Shown here: positions 43,220 to 57,276 of the stretch, in pieces
Layout of the letters: the number at the start of each line of letters is the position of its first letter
Position numbering within the stretch: the stretch's first letter is position 1
Assembly: GCF_036507355.1 (NCBI RefSeq)
Contig: NZ_AP027877.1
Length of the DNA: 64,000 nt
Source of the DNA: Escherichia coli
GTDB taxonomy: Bacteria > Pseudomonadota > Gammaproteobacteria > Enterobacterales > Enterobacteriaceae
Reading direction: 5' to 3' (one strand)
Position numbers and translations under genes: made by a program
The notes under the pieces: model-generated
Seen by the model: only the letters and a program-made list of their open reading frames with translations
Databases searched by the model: none
What the model was told of the DNA's origin: nothing

Positions 43220-43296
43220 TCTTCGACTCCATTCAAGGGGAACATTAGAAGCGTAGCCGTAATCGGATTATTCGCGAGCCATCGACTCATTCAGAT

Positions 43297-43662
43297 TCAA
43301 AAGAGGTTATCCTGCGGAGCCAGCACAAAGCCGCCCTGATCGCCATAGGCACTTAACACCGATTTTTGCACCGATGACTGACCGACCAGTTTCGCCAGTT
43401 CATCCATCCGAATCTGTAATAACTGCTTTACCTTGCTTTCGTTGTCGAGAATCAGGCGCAGCATCGGGCGGAGCTGCTCCTGCATCGTGGTGGACGGGTC
43501 AACCTCTTCAGTCAAATGTGCAATCTCCTGCACCGCATTAACATACGCCATTTCGCTGGCGATGAGTTCGTCCCATTGTTCTTCCGTTGCCAGGCGTAAC
43601 ATGAGCTGGCTTTTTTCGACGAGTTGTTGCCAGGCGAAATATAAATGCGGTGCATGGTTCAT
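43297..43662 (-). CDS. fliT: Flagellar chaperone / anti-FlhDC factor FliT
   Basis: 121 aa. Confidence 0.9.
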
Positions 43663-44072
43663 CAGACTGGGTCCTGAATCAAAGAAGGGGAGAGTAACGA
43701 CTCTTTCCAGGCATCGGCAATATTACGCATTAATGCTTCCACTTCTTCGACTGCGGAGACATCGTTGCGTAAATTGGCTTGCAGCAAGCGCCTGACCATA
43801 TAGCTATAAAGAGCAATCAAGTTTTGGGTTAATTCGTCTTTGCTCTCTTCATCAAGACTCACCCGCAGTCCGTTCTCAATGATGTTGATCGCTTTTGACA
43901 AAGAGACGCCTTTGCCTTGCTGATTGTTGTCCTGCATAAACAGGCGCGCTCTAACCAGTGCGCTCAGCACTCCATCAAATAGCATGGTGACCAGCTGCTG
44001 CTGGCTGGCGCTCATTACGGCGCTTTCGACGCCAATTTGTGCATAGGCCTGGGTGCCTTTTGCCGCGTACAT
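43662..44072 (-). CDS. fliS: Flagellin-specific chaperone FliS
   Basis: 136 aa. Confidence 0.92.
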
Positions 44073-44096
44073 GACCTGTCTCCCGATGAATAATGA

Positions 44097-45503
44097 TTAC
44101 TTGGAATTACTGTTGTTTTCGAACTGCTGCGTTAAGTAGCTGCTGGTGCTGTTTAACGAGGTCATTAAAACGTCCAGTTGGGTAAATTGTTCTTTGTAGC
44201 GCGCGACCTGCGCATCAATGCGATCGCTGGCGGCGTTGTAGTCTTTAGTTAACTTATTCAGGGTCTTACTAACGCCATCGGTAGCGGCTTTAATAATGCC
44301 CGTTGTCGAAAGCCAACTGGTCAGGTTGCTGCCGATGGTGGTTGTGATGCCGGTTTTTTTACCATCGCCAACAATCAATGCACCTACGCCGCTGGCATCT
44401 TTTTTCAGTGCAGCGGTGAGTTTGTCGGCATCCAGTTCCAGTTTGCCATCGCTGGGATCGGTCGTGATACCAATCTGCGCCAACGTTTTATAGCTGGAAG
44501 AACTGACGGTATTACTCAGCATCGATTTCAACTGCGTCTGAATCGTCCGCAGCGTGGAGTCGCCGAGCAGTGCGCCATTGCTAGAACTCTGGCTATCAGC
44601 TCCCGCATCTACGGCGGTGTATTTGGTCAGGCTGCTGAAGGTATCTATTAGCGAGTTATAGGCATTCACCCAGTCTTTAATCGCTGTTTGCGCTTTGGAG
44701 GTGTCCTGTGTGATGGTTAGCGTCTGGTTGCCCGTGGTGACATCGTTCAGGTTCAGGGTGATGTTTTCCAGCGCGTCGCTGATGGTGTTGCTGCTGTTCT
44801 CAATGGCGACGTTGTTGACCGTCAGCTGCGCATTCTGGGCGGCAACCGAGACCTCCATACCGTTGCTGCTGGCACTGGCGTCATAGCCCATAAAACTTTG
44901 TAGCGCATCATCACCGCTGACCGAGAGTGTCATCGCATTATCAAGGCCGGTGTCATTTGATGTGACTGACAGACGATATTCACCGTTACCCACGTTAATG
45001 ATGCTTGCGCTTACGCCTGCTTTTGCGTTGTTGATGGCATCACGGATCCCGCTTAACGATGAGTTAGTCGCGCTGATATCAATGGTAATCGGATCTTTGT
45101 CGCCGCCTTGTTGAATGGTGAGTTTACTGTCGCTGGTGGCGATCGCCGTTTTCGTATCGTCTCTGGTGGTGCGCGTGGTCAGGGTTTGCGCCTGCGCCAG
45201 ATGGGTGACGCTGATGGTGTATTTCCCGGCGATGGCGTTACCCGCGGTGGTGGCACTGAACGCGGTGGTGCTGCTGGTGGTGCTGGTGGCGGAAAAAAGA
45301 TCGGCTTTAGACAATGCAGTATTGGCGGTCTGGAAAGTCGTCAACGCGCTTTTCAGCGTACCGTAGGCGCTAAGTTTAGCGGTAAACGACGATTGCTGAT
45401 TTGAAATGGGGGTTAGCGTCGCTTTTTGCGCGGCGGTGAGGCTATCAAGGATTGAACTTAAATCCAGACCTGACCCGACTCCCAGCGATGAAATACTTGC
45501 CAT
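44097..45503 (-). CDS. fliD: Flagellar filament cap protein FliD
   Basis: 468 aa. Confidence 0.93.
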   Translation of the reverse strand: MASISSLGVGSGLDLSSILDSLTAAQKATLTPISNQQSSFTAKLSAYGTLKSALTTFQTANTALSKADLFSATSTTSSTTAFSATTAGNAIAGKYTISVTHLAQAQTLTTRTTRDDTKTAIATSDSKLTIQQGGDKDPITIDISATNSSLSGIRDAINNAKAGVSASIINVGNGEYRLSVTSNDTGLDNAMTLSVSGDDALQSFMGYDASASSNGMEVSVAAQNAQLTVNNVAIENSSNTISDALENITLNLNDVTTGNQTLTITQDTSKAQTAIKDWVNAYNSLIDTFSSLTKYTAVDAGADSQSSSNGALLGDSTLRTIQTQLKSMLSNTVSSSSYKTLAQIGITTDPSDGKLELDADKLTAALKKDASGVGALIVGDGKKTGITTTIGSNLTSWLSTTGIIKAATDGVSKTLNKLTKDYNAASDRIDAQVARYKEQFTQLDVLMTSLNSTSSYLTQQFENNSNSK

Positions 45504-45546
45504 GCGATTTCCTTTTATCTTTCGACACGTAAAACGAATACCGGGG

Positions 45547-45573
45547 TTATCGGCCTGAATTGCGCAAAGTTTA
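45547..45573 (-). promoter_or_regulatory. Sigma-28 (FliA) promoter of fliDST
   Basis: Plus strand TTATCGGC-N11-AAAGTTTA is the reverse complement of TAAAGTTT-N11-GCCGATAA. Confidence 0.8.
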
Positions 45574-45665
45574 CGTTTAATTGTTTTTTTTAATAGCGGG
45601 AATAAGGGGCAGAGAAAAGAGTATTTCGGCGACTAACAAAAAATGGCTGTTTGTGAAAAAAATTC

Positions 45666-45692
45666 TAAAGGTTGTTTTACGACAGACGATAA
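45666..45692 (+). promoter_or_regulatory. Sigma-28 (FliA) promoter of fliC
   Basis: TAAAGGTT-N11-GACGATAA about 75 nt upstream of the fliC ATG. Confidence 0.8.
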
Positions 45693-45768
45693 CAGGGTTG
45701 ACGGCGATTGAGCCGACGGGTGGAAACCCAATACGTAATCAACGACTTGCAATATAGGATAACGAATC

Positions 45769-47436
45769 ATGGCACAAGTCATTAATACCAACAGCCTCTC
45801 GCTGATCACTCAAAATAATATCAACAAGAACCAGTCTGCGCTGTCGAGTTCTATCGAGCGTCTGTCTTCTGGCTTGCGTATTAACAGCGCGAAGGATGAC
45901 GCCGCAGGTCAGGCGATTGCTAACCGTTTTACTTCTAACATTAAAGGCCTGACTCAGGCTGCACGTAACGCCAACGACGGTATTTCTGTTGCACAGACCA
46001 CTGAAGGCGCGCTGTCTGAAATCAACAACAACTTACAGCGTATCCGTGAACTGACGGTTCAGGCTTCTACCGGGACTAACTCCGATTCGGATCTGGACTC
46101 CATTCAGGACGAAATCAAATCTCGTCTGGACGAAATTGACCGCGTATCCGGTCAAACCCAGTTCAACGGTGTGAACGTACTGGCGAAAGACGGTTCGATG
46201 AAAATTCAGGTTGGTGCGAATGACGGCCAGACTATCACTATTGATCTGAAGAAAATTGACTCTGATACGCTGGGTTTGAGTGGATTTAATGTGAATGGTG
46301 GCGGGGCTGTGGCTAATACTGCAGCGACTAAAGATGATTTGGTCGCTGCATCAGTTTCAGCTGCGGTAGGTAATGAATACACTGTCTCTGCTGGCCTGTC
46401 GAAATCAACTGCTGCTGATGTTATTGCTAGTCTCACAGATGGTGCGACAGTAACTGCGGCTGGTGTAAGCAATGGTTTTGCTGCAGGGGCAACTGGAGAT
46501 GCTTATAAATTCAATCAAGCAAACAACACTTTTACTTACAATACCACCTCCACAGCGGCAGAACTCCAATCTTACCTCACGCCTAAGGCGGGGGATACCG
46601 CAACTTTCTCCGTTAAAATTGGTGGCACCAAGCAGGATGTTGTTCTGGCTAGTGATGGCAAAATCACAGCAAAAGACGGGTCTAAACTTTATATTGACAC
46701 CACAGGGAATTTAACCCAAAACGGTGGTGGTACTTTAGAAGAAGCTACCCTCAATGGCTTAGCTTTCAACCACTCTGGTCCAGCCGCTGCTGTACAATCT
46801 ACTATTACTACTGCGGATGGAACTTCAATAGTTCTAGCAGGTTCTGGCGACTTTGGAACAACAAAAACTGCTGGGGCTATTAATGTCACAGGAGCAGTGA
46901 TCAGTGCTGATGCACTTCTTTCCGCCAGTAAAGCGACTGGGTTTACTTCTGGCACTTATACCGTAGGTACAGATGGAGTTGTTAAATCTGGTGGCAATGA
47001 CGTTTATAACAAAGCTGACGGGACGGGATTAACTACTGACAATACCACAAAATATTATTTACAAGATGACGGGTCTGTAACTAATGGTTCTGGTAAAGCT
47101 GTGTATGCTGATGCAACAGGAAAACTAACTACTGACGCTGAAACTAAAGCCGAAACCACCGCCGATCCCCTGAAAGCTCTGGACGAAGCGATCAGCTCCA
47201 TCGACAAATTCCGTTCTTCCCTCGGTGCGGTGCAAAACCGTCTGGATTCCGCAGTCACCAACCTGAACAACACCACTACCAACCTGTCTGAAGCGCAGTC
47301 CCGTATTCAGGACGCTGACTATGCGACCGAAGTATCCAACATGTCGAAAGCGCAGATTATCCAGCAGGCCGGTAACTCCGTGCTCGCAAAAGCCAACCAG
47401 GTACCGCAGCAGGTTCTGTCTCTGCTGCAGGGTTAA
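45769..47436 (+). CDS. fliC: Flagellin FliC (555 aa; central domain differs from K-12)
   Basis: Conserved N- and C-terminal D0/D1 segments; Thr/Ala/Gly-rich hypervariable middle at ~46270-47180. Confidence 0.93.
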   Translation: MAQVINTNSLSLITQNNINKNQSALSSSIERLSSGLRINSAKDDAAGQAIANRFTSNIKGLTQAARNANDGISVAQTTEGALSEINNNLQRIRELTVQASTGTNSDSDLDSIQDEIKSRLDEIDRVSGQTQFNGVNVLAKDGSMKIQVGANDGQTITIDLKKIDSDTLGLSGFNVNGGGAVANTAATKDDLVAASVSAAVGNEYTVSAGLSKSTAADVIASLTDGATVTAAGVSNGFAAGATGDAYKFNQANNTFTYNTTSTAAELQSYLTPKAGDTATFSVKIGGTKQDVVLASDGKITAKDGSKLYIDTTGNLTQNGGGTLEEATLNGLAFNHSGPAAAVQSTITTADGTSIVLAGSGDFGTTKTAGAINVTGAVISADALLSASKATGFTSGTYTVGTDGVVKSGGNDVYNKADGTGLTTDNTTKYYLQDDGSVTNGSGKAVYADATGKLTTDAETKAETTADPLKALDEAISSIDKFRSSLGAVQNRLDSAVTNLNNTTTNLSEAQSRIQDADYATEVSNMSKAQIIQQAGNSVLAKANQVPQQVLSLLQG

Positions 47437-47479
47437 TCGTCGTAAACTGATTAACTGAGACTGACGGCAACGCCAAATT

Positions 47480-47580
<101 letters not shown>

Positions 47581-47610
47581 CATGAAGCGCAATTTGTCAG
47601 CAACGTGCTT

Positions 47611-47634
47611 CCCCGCCACCGGCGGGGTTTTTTC
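47611..47634 (+). terminator. Rho-independent terminator ending the fliC transcript
   Basis: CCCCGCC-ACC-GGCGGGG followed by T7. Confidence 0.8.
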
Positions 47635-47755
47635 TGCATGGAATTTACCGGTAACCCCCAAATAACCCCTCATTTCACCCACTAATCGTCCGATTAAAAA
47701 CCCTGCAGAAACGGATAATCATGCCGATAACTCATATAACGCAGGGCTGTTTATC

Positions 47756-48475
47756 GTGAATTCACTCTATACCGCTGAAGGTGTAATGGATAAACACTCG
47801 CTGTGGCAGCGTTATGTCCCGCTGGTGCGTCACGAAGCATTGCGCCTGCAGGTTCGACTGCCCGCGAGCGTGGAACTTGACGATCTGCTACAGGCGGGCG
47901 GCATTGGGTTACTTAATGCCGTCGAACGCTATGACGCCCTACAAGGAACGGCATTTACAACTTACGCAGTGCAGCGTATCCGTGGCGCTATGCTGGATGA
48001 ACTTCGCAGCCGTGACTGGGTGCCGCGCAGCGTGCGACGCAACGCGCGTGAAGTGGCACAGGCAATAGGGCAACTGGAGCAGGAACTTGGCCGCAACGCC
48101 ACGGAAACTGAGGTAGCGGAACGTTTAGGGATCGATATTGCCGATTATCGCCAAATGTTGCTCGACACCAATAACAGCCAGCTCTTCTCCTACGATGAGT
48201 GGCGCGAAGAGCACGGCGATAGCATCGAACTGGTTACTGATGTTCATCAGCGAGAAAACCCGCTACAACAACTGCTGGACAGTAATCTGCGCCAGCGGGT
48301 GATGGAAGCCATCGAAACGCTGCCGGAGCGCGAAAAACTGGTATTAACCCTCTATTACCAGGAAGAGCTGAATCTCAAAGAGATTGGCGCGGTGCTGGAG
48401 GTCGGGGAATCGCGGGTCAGTCAGTTACACAGCCAGGCCATTAAACGGTTACGCACTAAACTGGGTAAGTTATAA
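47756..48475 (+). CDS. fliA: Flagellar sigma factor sigma-28 FliA
   Basis: 239 aa, GTG start, MNSLYTAEGVMDKHSLW. Confidence 0.95.
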   Translation: MNSLYTAEGVMDKHSLWQRYVPLVRHEALRLQVRLPASVELDDLLQAGGIGLLNAVERYDALQGTAFTTYAVQRIRGAMLDELRSRDWVPRSVRRNAREVAQAIGQLEQELGRNATETEVAERLGIDIADYRQMLLDTNNSQLFSYDEWREEHGDSIELVTDVHQRENPLQQLLDSNLRQRVMEAIETLPEREKLVLTLYYQEELNLKEIGAVLEVGESRVSQLHSQAIKRLRTKLGKL

Positions 48476-48520
48476 CGTCAGTAAATGCCGCACTTTAACT
48501 TTGACTACCAGGAGTTCTTA

Positions 48521-49072
48521 ATGATGGTGCAGCACCTGAAAAGACGGCCATTAAGCCGCTATCTTAAAGACTTTAAACACAGCCAGACCCATTGCGCGCA
48601 TTGCCGTAAATTACTCGATCGCATTACCTTAGTTCGCGACGGCAAAATAGTGAATAAAATCGAGATTTCCCGCCTGGACACGCTGCTTGATGAAAATGGC
48701 TGGCAAACGGAACAAAAATCATGGGCGGCATTGTGCCGATTTTGCGGTGATTTACACTGCAAAACGCAGAGTGATTTTTTCGATATTATCGGCTTTAAGC
48801 AATTTCTTTTTGAGCAAACTGAAATGAGCCCAGGTACGGTGCGTGAATATGTCGTTCGTCTGCGCCGTTTGGGGAATCATCTACACGAGCAAAATATTTC
48901 CCTCGATCAGCTGCAGGACGGTTTCCTTGATGGAATCCTCGCCCCGTGGCTGCCCACCACCAGCACCAACAATTACCGCATCGCATTACGGAAGTATCAA
49001 CACTATCAGCGCCAAACCTGTACCGGACTTGTGCAGAAATCCTCCAGCCTGCCTGCTTCTGATATATATTAA
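48521..49072 (+). CDS. fliZ: Regulator FliZ
   Basis: 183 aa from MMVQHLKRRPL. Confidence 0.9.
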   Translation: MMVQHLKRRPLSRYLKDFKHSQTHCAHCRKLLDRITLVRDGKIVNKIEISRLDTLLDENGWQTEQKSWAALCRFCGDLHCKTQSDFFDIIGFKQFLFEQTEMSPGTVREYVVRLRRLGNHLHEQNISLDQLQDGFLDGILAPWLPTTSTNNYRIALRKYQHYQRQTCTGLVQKSSSLPASDIY

Positions 49073-49159
49073 ATAAGAATAAGATGTAGCGGAGTTGTTT
49101 TTGTGTTTACAAACAATGGCTCTACACTGCAAACAGACATAACAACATTCGGGGTGAAT

Positions 49160-51051
<1,892 letters not shown>

Positions 51052-51065
51052 CTCCGGGAACGCTC

Positions 51066-51734
51066 ATGCAAGAAAGTATACAACTGGTTATTGATTCCTT
51101 GCCGTTCCTGCTGAAAGGGGCTGGGTATACGCTGCAACTCAGTATCGGCGGCATGTTTTTTGGCTTACTGCTCGGGTTTATTCTCGCGCTGATGCGCCTG
51201 TCGCCAATCTGGCCCGTGCGCTGGCTGGCGCGTTTTTATATCTCTATTTTTCGTGGTACGCCGCTCATCGCACAACTGTTTATGATCTATTACGGCCTGC
51301 CGCAGTTTGGTATCGAATTAGATCCCATTCCGTCAGCAATGATTGGTCTGTCGCTCAACACTGCCGCCTATGCTGCCGAAACGCTTCGCGCCGCCATTTC
51401 TTCTATTGATAAAGGTCAGTGGGAAGCAGCTGCCAGTATTGGTATGACGCCATGGCAGACTATGCGTCGCGCGATTTTGCCACAGGCGGCGCGGGTGGCG
51501 TTGCCGCCGCTGTCAAACAGCTTTATCAGTCTGGTAAAAGATACGTCGCTGGCCGCGACAATCCAGGTGCCGGAGCTGTTCCGTCAGGCGCAGTTGATTA
51601 CCTCGCGCACGCTGGAAGTGTTCACCATGTACCTGGCGGCTTCGCTCATCTACTGGATCATGGCGACAGTGTTATCGACGTTGCAGAACCATTTTGAGAA
51701 TCAACTTAATCGCCAGGAGAGAGAACCAAAATGA
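51066..51734 (+). CDS. tcyL: L-cystine ABC transporter permease
   Basis: 222 aa. Confidence 0.92.
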   Translation: MQESIQLVIDSLPFLLKGAGYTLQLSIGGMFFGLLLGFILALMRLSPIWPVRWLARFYISIFRGTPLIAQLFMIYYGLPQFGIELDPIPSAMIGLSLNTAAYAAETLRAAISSIDKGQWEAAASIGMTPWQTMRRAILPQAARVALPPLSNSFISLVKDTSLAATIQVPELFRQAQLITSRTLEVFTMYLAASLIYWIMATVLSTLQNHFENQLNRQEREPK

Positions 51735-52483
51735 GTGCCATTGAAGTTAAGAACCTGGTGAAAAAATTCCACGGTCAGACGGTGCTGCACGGTATCGACC
51801 TTGAGGTAAAGCCTGGCGAAGTGGTGGCAATTATCGGTCCGAGTGGTTCCGGCAAAACCACGTTGCTACGCAGCATAAATCTGCTGGAACAACCCGAAGC
51901 GGGAACGATCACCGTTGGCGATATCACTATTGATACTGCACGTTCATTAAGTCAGCAAAAATCGCTGATTCGCCAGTTGCGTCAGCACGTCGGGTTTGTC
52001 TTCCAGAACTTTAATTTGTTTCCGCATCGTACGGTGCTGGAGAACATTATTGAAGGGCCGGTGATCGTCAAAGGCGAACCAAAAGAAGAGGCTACGGCGC
52101 GCGCTCGCGAGCTACTGGCAAAAGTTGGGCTGGCCGGTAAAGAAACCAGCTATCCACGTCGTTTGTCTGGCGGTCAACAGCAGCGTGTTGCGATTGCGCG
52201 TGCGCTGGCAATGCGTCCTGAGGTGATTTTGTTTGACGAGCCAACGTCAGCGCTGGATCCAGAGCTGGTGGGCGAAGTCCTGAACACCATCCGTCAGCTG
52301 GCGCAGGAAAAGCGCACGATGGTGATTGTGACACACGAAATGAGCTTTGCCCGGGATGTTGCGGACCGGGCGATCTTTATGGACCAGGGGCGGATAGTCG
52401 AGCAGGGGGCCGCAAAAGCGTTATTTGCCGATCCCAAGCAGCCTCGCACCCGCCAGTTCCTCGAGAAGTTTCTGCTGCAATAA
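51731..52483 (+). CDS. tcyN: L-cystine ABC transporter ATP-binding protein
   Basis: 250 aa, Walker A GPSGSGKT and LSGGQQQR signature. Confidence 0.93.
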   Translation: MSAIEVKNLVKKFHGQTVLHGIDLEVKPGEVVAIIGPSGSGKTTLLRSINLLEQPEAGTITVGDITIDTARSLSQQKSLIRQLRQHVGFVFQNFNLFPHRTVLENIIEGPVIVKGEPKEEATARARELLAKVGLAGKETSYPRRLSGGQQQRVAIARALAMRPEVILFDEPTSALDPELVGEVLNTIRQLAQEKRTMVIVTHEMSFARDVADRAIFMDQGRIVEQGAAKALFADPKQPRTRQFLEKFLLQ

Positions 52484-52712
52484 TAAGAAAAAATCAGCCC
52501 CGACGATTCACCTGTCGGGGCGGGACGCCATTTCAAGCCTGATAAAACTGCTTAACAAATCAGCATAACTCATTAATAACATAAGAGAATGCGATGGCTT
52601 GCAAAAGTAATTCATTGCCTGAATAATATAAATTATATATAAATCTTATTTATGTGATAGTTTGAATTATCATTATAAATGATACTCACTCTCAGGGGCG
52701 TTGCGGTTTACT

Positions 52713-53435
52713 ATGCAGGATACGGATTTTTTCAGCTGGCGTCGCACGATGCTGTTGCGTTTTCAGAGGATGGAGACCGCAGAAGAGGTCTACCATGAAA
52801 TTGAGCTTCAGGCTCAGCAGCTGGAGTACGATTACTATTCGTTATGTGTCCGCCACCCGGTACCATTCACTCGACCTAAAGTGGCTTTCTACACCAATTA
52901 CCCTGAGGCGTGGGTTAGTTATTATCAGGCAAAAAACTTTCTCGCAATTGATCCGGTGCTGAACCCTGAAAACTTTAGTCAGGGCCATCTAATGTGGAAT
53001 GATGACTTATTCAACGAAGCACAGCCGTTATGGGAAGCCGCGCGCGCACATGGTTTACGCCGCGGTGTCACTCAGTATTTAATGCTGCCAAACCGGGCGC
53101 TGGGCTTTTTGTCCTTTTCCCGTTGCAGCGCGCGCGAAATACCCATTCTTAGTGATGAACTGCAATTAAAAATGCAGTTACTGGTGCGCGAAAGTCTGAT
53201 GGCTCTGATGCGTTTAAATGATGAAATAGTGATGACGCCAGAGATGAATTTCAGCAAGCGCGAAAAAGAAATTCTGAGGTGGACGGCGGAAGGGAAGACA
53301 TCAGCAGAGATAGCGATGATTTTGTCAATCTCTGAGAATACGGTCAATTTCCACCAGAAAAACATGCAGAAAAAAATTAATGCACCAAATAAGACCCAGG
53401 TTGCCTGTTACGCGGCCGCTACTGGCTTAATTTGA
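52713..53435 (+). CDS. sdiA: LuxR-family quorum-sensing regulator SdiA
   Basis: 240 aa from MQDTDFFSWRR. Confidence 0.93.
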   Translation: MQDTDFFSWRRTMLLRFQRMETAEEVYHEIELQAQQLEYDYYSLCVRHPVPFTRPKVAFYTNYPEAWVSYYQAKNFLAIDPVLNPENFSQGHLMWNDDLFNEAQPLWEAARAHGLRRGVTQYLMLPNRALGFLSFSRCSAREIPILSDELQLKMQLLVRESLMALMRLNDEIVMTPEMNFSKREKEILRWTAEGKTSAEIAMILSISENTVNFHQKNMQKKINAPNKTQVACYAAATGLI

Positions 53436-53464
53436 TCTCTTTTCTGTCCTGCGTGCCAGATGCA

Positions 53465-53499
53465 AAAACCGGCTGAAAGGCACGCTATCAGCCGGTTTT
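53465..53499. terminator. Bidirectional terminator between convergent sdiA and yecF
   Basis: A-run, 10-bp stem AACCGGCTGA/TCAGCCGGTT, then T-run. Confidence 0.7.
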
Positions 53500-53502
53500 A
53501 TA

Positions 53503-53727
53503 TTACTGACGGTAGGCTTGTTTAATTTGCTTAACCGTTTTGGAAAATACTGCAGCCTGGGTTTCGTCTTCGATCAGCGCAAGCTGTTTTTCCATCTTTA
53601 ACATCACGCGGCCCGCGTCAGCTTGTCCCATCGCCTGCAGCATCAGCGTCAGCATCGCTTTCAGGCAGGAGACTTCATTTGCCAGTTCTTGATTATTCTC
53701 GGCAGTAGAAAAATCAGGCGTACTCAT
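53503..53727 (-). CDS. yecF: Small protein YecF (DUF2594)
   Basis: 74 aa. Confidence 0.85.
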
Positions 53728-54185
53728 TTATTTTCCTCGTCATGTTGCAATGAAAATTTGCGGTGAAAAATGTTAAGGCGGCGGAGTATACCATAAGCTT
53801 TGCTAAAAATAGCAGTGGTTGTTTTTTGAGCGTGATATCGGCAGTGCTATAAAATACGTTAATATAATGACCAATAAATATTTTTATCATGAATGTTTTT
53901 TGCCCGTATTGTTCGGGTTAATTAATGTTACATATTCAGCGGGCTGATTTTCATTTTTGCTGAATAAAGTCAATTTTTGTCACATTTCATCGCAGGGCTT
54001 ACTGTGAAACGATCCCGGAAGCCGTTGGTGACGGGCGTGACCATAACTGTGGACAATCGAATTTACAAAAACGAGAGAAAAATCGAATACCCACCATTTT
54101 TAACGTTTCAAAGTTGCAATAAAAACCGCTAATATACGAATGACTAACTATCAGTAGCGTTATCCCTATTTCTGGAGATATTCCT

Positions 54186-54842
54186 TTGATCAACGTTCTA
54201 CTTGTTGATGACCACGAACTGGTGCGCGCAGGGATACGACGCATTCTGGAAGATATAAAGGGTATAAAAGTCGTCGGTGAGGCATCGTGCGGTGAAGACG
54301 CCGTTAAGTGGTGCCGGGCAAATGCCGTTGACGTGGTGCTAATGGACATGAGTATGCCGGGCATTGGCGGTCTTGAGGCGACGCGTAAAATCGCGCGTTC
54401 CACAGCTGATGTCAAAATCATCATGCTTACCGTCCATACAGAAAACCCTTTACCAGCGAAAGTCATGCAGGCCGGTGCTGCGGGCTACCTCAGCAAAGGC
54501 GCGGCACCGCAGGAAGTCGTGAGTGCGATCCGTTCTGTCTATTCAGGGCAGCGTTACATTGCTTCTGACATCGCTCAACAAATGGCGTTAAGCCAGATCG
54601 AACCAGAAAAAACAGAAAGCCCATTTGCCAGTTTGTCTGAACGTGAATTGCAGATTATGCTGATGATCACCAAGGGCCAGAAGGTCAATGAGATCTCAGA
54701 ACAGCTCAATCTCAGTCCGAAAACGGTGAACAGCTACCGCTATCGTATGTTCAGTAAACTAAACATTCATGGCGATGTTGAGCTGACTCACCTGGCAATT
54801 CGCCATGGTCTGTGTAATGCGGAGACATTATCAAGTCAGTGA
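54186..54842 (+). CDS. uvrY: Response regulator UvrY (BarA partner)
   Basis: 218 aa [16 protein letters not shown] start; LuxR-type HTH. Confidence 0.93.
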   Translation: MINVLLVDDHELVRAGIRRILEDIKGIKVVGEASCGEDAVKWCRANAVDVVLMDMSMPGIGGLEATRKIARSTADVKIIMLTVHTENPLPAKVMQAGAAGYLSKGAAPQEVVSAIRSVYSGQRYIASDIAQQMALSQIEPEKTESPFASLSERELQIMLMITKGQKVNEISEQLNLSPKTVNSYRYRMFSKLNIHGDVELTHLAIRHGLCNAETLSSQ

Positions 54843-56671
54843 GTGATCAGTTTGACGCAAAAGCGTTTTTAAAAACCGTAACCAGCCAGCCAGGCGTTTA
54901 TCGCATGTACGATGCTGGTGGTACGGTTATCTATGTCGGCAAAGCGAAAGACCTGAAAAAACGGCTTTCCAGCTATTTCCGTAGCAACCTCGCTTCGCGC
55001 AAAACCGAAGCGCTGGTCGCCCAGATCCAGCAAATTGATGTAACGGTTACTCATACAGAAACCGAAGCGCTGTTGCTGGAACACAACTACATCAAACTCT
55101 ATCAGCCGCGTTACAACGTTTTGCTACGCGATGATAAATCATATCCTTTTATCTTCCTGAGTGGCGATACCCACCCGCGTCTGGCGATGCATCGTGGTGC
55201 GAAGCATGCCAAAGGTGAATATTTCGGCCCGTTCCCGAATGGCTATGCCGTACGTGAAACACTGGCGCTACTGCAAAAGATTTTCCCCATTCGCCAGTGC
55301 GAAAATAGTGTTTATCGCAATCGCTCGCGTCCGTGTCTGCAATATCAGATAGGGCGCTGTCTGGGACCGTGCGTTGAAGGACTGGTGAGTGAAGAAGAAT
55401 ACGCTCAGCAGGTCGAGTATGTGCGCCTGTTTTTGTCTGGCAAAGATGATCAGGTGCTTACGCAACTGATTAGCCGTATGGAAACTGCCAGTCAGAATCT
55501 GGAGTTTGAAGAAGCGGCACGTATTCGCGACCAAATTCAGGCGGTGCGACGCGTCACCGAAAAACAGTTTGTGTCCAATACCGGCGACGACCTTGACGTT
55601 ATTGGTGTGGCGTTCGATGCGGGCATGGCTTGTGTCCACGTATTGTTCATTCGTCAGGGCAAAGTGCTCGGCAGCCGCAGCTATTTCCCGAAAGTGCCTG
55701 GCGGTACGGAACTGAACGAGGTGGTGGAAACCTTCGTAGGACAGTTCTATTTACAAGGCAGCCAGATGCGCACCTTACCGGGTGAGATCCTGCTCGATTT
55801 TAATCTTAGCGATAAAACGCTGCTCGCCGATTCCCTTTCAGAACTGGCGGGACGCAAGATTAATGTTCAAACCAAACCTCGTGGCGATAGGGCGCGTTAC
55901 CTGAAACTCGCGCGCACCAATGCGGCGACGGCCTTAACCAGCAAACTTTCGCAGCAATCTACCGTTCACCAGCGGCTTACAGCACTTGCCAGCGTGTTGA
56001 AATTGCCGGAAGTGAAGCGGATGGAGTGCTTTGACATCAGCCATACCATGGGTGAACAAACCGTCGCTTCCTGTGTGGTGTTTGATGCTAACGGCCCGCT
56101 GCGTGCGGAGTATCGGCGCTATAACATTACTGGCATCACGCCGGGCGATGATTATGCGGCGATGAATCAGGTGCTGCGTCGGCGTTATGGTAAAGCCATC
56201 GACGACAGTAAGATCCCGGATGTGATACTTATCGACGGCGGCAAAGGCCAGCTTGCGCAGGCGAAAAATGTCTTCGCCGAACTGGATGTCTCATGGGATA
56301 AAAATCATCCGCTGCTACTTGGCGTTGCCAAAGGAGCAGATCGTAAGGCTGGGCTGGAAACGCTGTTCTTTGAGCCGGAAGGTGAGGGATTCAGTTTGCC
56401 GCCAGATTCTCCCGCGCTGCATGTTATCCAGCATATTCGCGATGAATCACACGATCACGCGATTGGCGGGCACCGTAAAAAACGGGCGAAGGTCAAAAAT
56501 ACCAGTTCCCTGGAAACCATTGAAGGCGTCGGGCCAAAACGCCGGCAAATGTTGTTGAAATATATGGGCGGTTTGCAAGGTTTACGTAACGCCAGCGTCG
56601 AGGAAATTGCAAAAGTGCCGGGTATTTCGCAAGGTCTGGCAGAAAAGATCTTCTGGTCGTTGAAACATTGA
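54839..56671 (+). CDS. uvrC: Excinuclease ABC subunit C
   Basis: 610 aa, GTG start, GIY-YIG N-terminus. Confidence 0.95.
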   Translation: MSDQFDAKAFLKTVTSQPGVYRMYDAGGTVIYVGKAKDLKKRLSSYFRSNLASRKTEALVAQIQQIDVTVTHTETEALLLEHNYIKLYQPRYNVLLRDDKSYPFIFLSGDTHPRLAMHRGAKHAKGEYFGPFPNGYAVRETLALLQKIFPIRQCENSVYRNRSRPCLQYQIGRCLGPCVEGLVSEEEYAQQVEYVRLFLSGKDDQVLTQLISRMETASQNLEFEEAARIRDQIQAVRRVTEKQFVSNTGDDLDVIGVAFDAGMACVHVLFIRQGKVLGSRSYFPKVPGGTELNEVVETFVGQFYLQGSQMRTLPGEILLDFNLSDKTLLADSLSELAGRKINVQTKPRGDRARYLKLARTNAATALTSKLSQQSTVHQRLTALASVLKLPEVKRMECFDISHTMGEQTVASCVVFDANGPLRAEYRRYNITGITPGDDYAAMNQVLRRRYGKAIDDSKIPDVILIDGGKGQLAQAKNVFAELDVSWDKNHPLLLGVAKGADRKAGLETLFFEPEGEGFSLPPDSPALHVIQHIRDESHDHAIGGHRKKRAKVKNTSSLETIEGVGPKRRQMLLKYMGGLQGLRNASVEEIAKVPGISQGLAEKIFWSLKH

Positions 56672-56727
56672 TGTCTCTGTAGCAACATAGGGGTAATCTT
56701 ACTGACAACAGATAGTTACCCGTCATT

Positions 56728-57276
56728 ATGCAATTTAATATCCCTACGTTGCTTACACTGTTCCGTGTCATCCTTATCCCATTCTTTGTATTGGTCTTTT
56801 ATCTGCCTGTCACCTGGTCGCCGTTTGCCGCCGCGCTCATTTTCTGCGTCGCGGCGGTGACTGACTGGTTCGATGGTTTTCTGGCACGCCGCTGGAACCA
56901 GAGTACCCGGTTTGGTGCTTTCCTTGACCCTGTAGCAGATAAAGTTCTCGTGGCTATCGCCATGGTGCTGGTAACCGAGCATTACCACAGCTGGTGGGTG
57001 ACCTTACCGGCGGCAACGATGATCGCCCGTGAAATTATTATTTCTGCGCTACGCGAATGGATGGCGGAGTTGGGTAAACGCAGTAGCGTGGCTGTCTCCT
57101 GGATTGGGAAAGTGAAAACCACTGCCCAGATGGTGGCGCTGGCATGGCTGCTGTGGCGTCCGAACATTTGGGTTGAGTACGCCGGTATTGCACTTTTCTT
57201 TGTGGCTGCGGTACTGACTCTGTGGTCAATGTTGCAATATTTGAGCGCTGCGCGTGCAGATTTGCTTGATCAGTGA
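56728..57276 (+). CDS. pgsA: CDP-diacylglycerol--glycerol-3-phosphate 3-phosphatidyltransferase
   Basis: 182 aa. Confidence 0.93.

Noticed and set aside
44296-45404. Gly/Ala/Val-rich plus-strand ORFs opposite fliD
   Set aside because: Antisense artefacts of the Thr/Ser/Ala-rich fliD coding sequence.
47704-47730. Sigma-28 promoter for fliA
   Set aside because: A -10-like GCCGATAA is present at 47723-47730 but no TAAA element sits at the required spacing, so it is not called from sequence alone.
52497-52520. Hairpin after tcyN as a terminator
   Set aside because: 7-bp stem with no downstream U tract.
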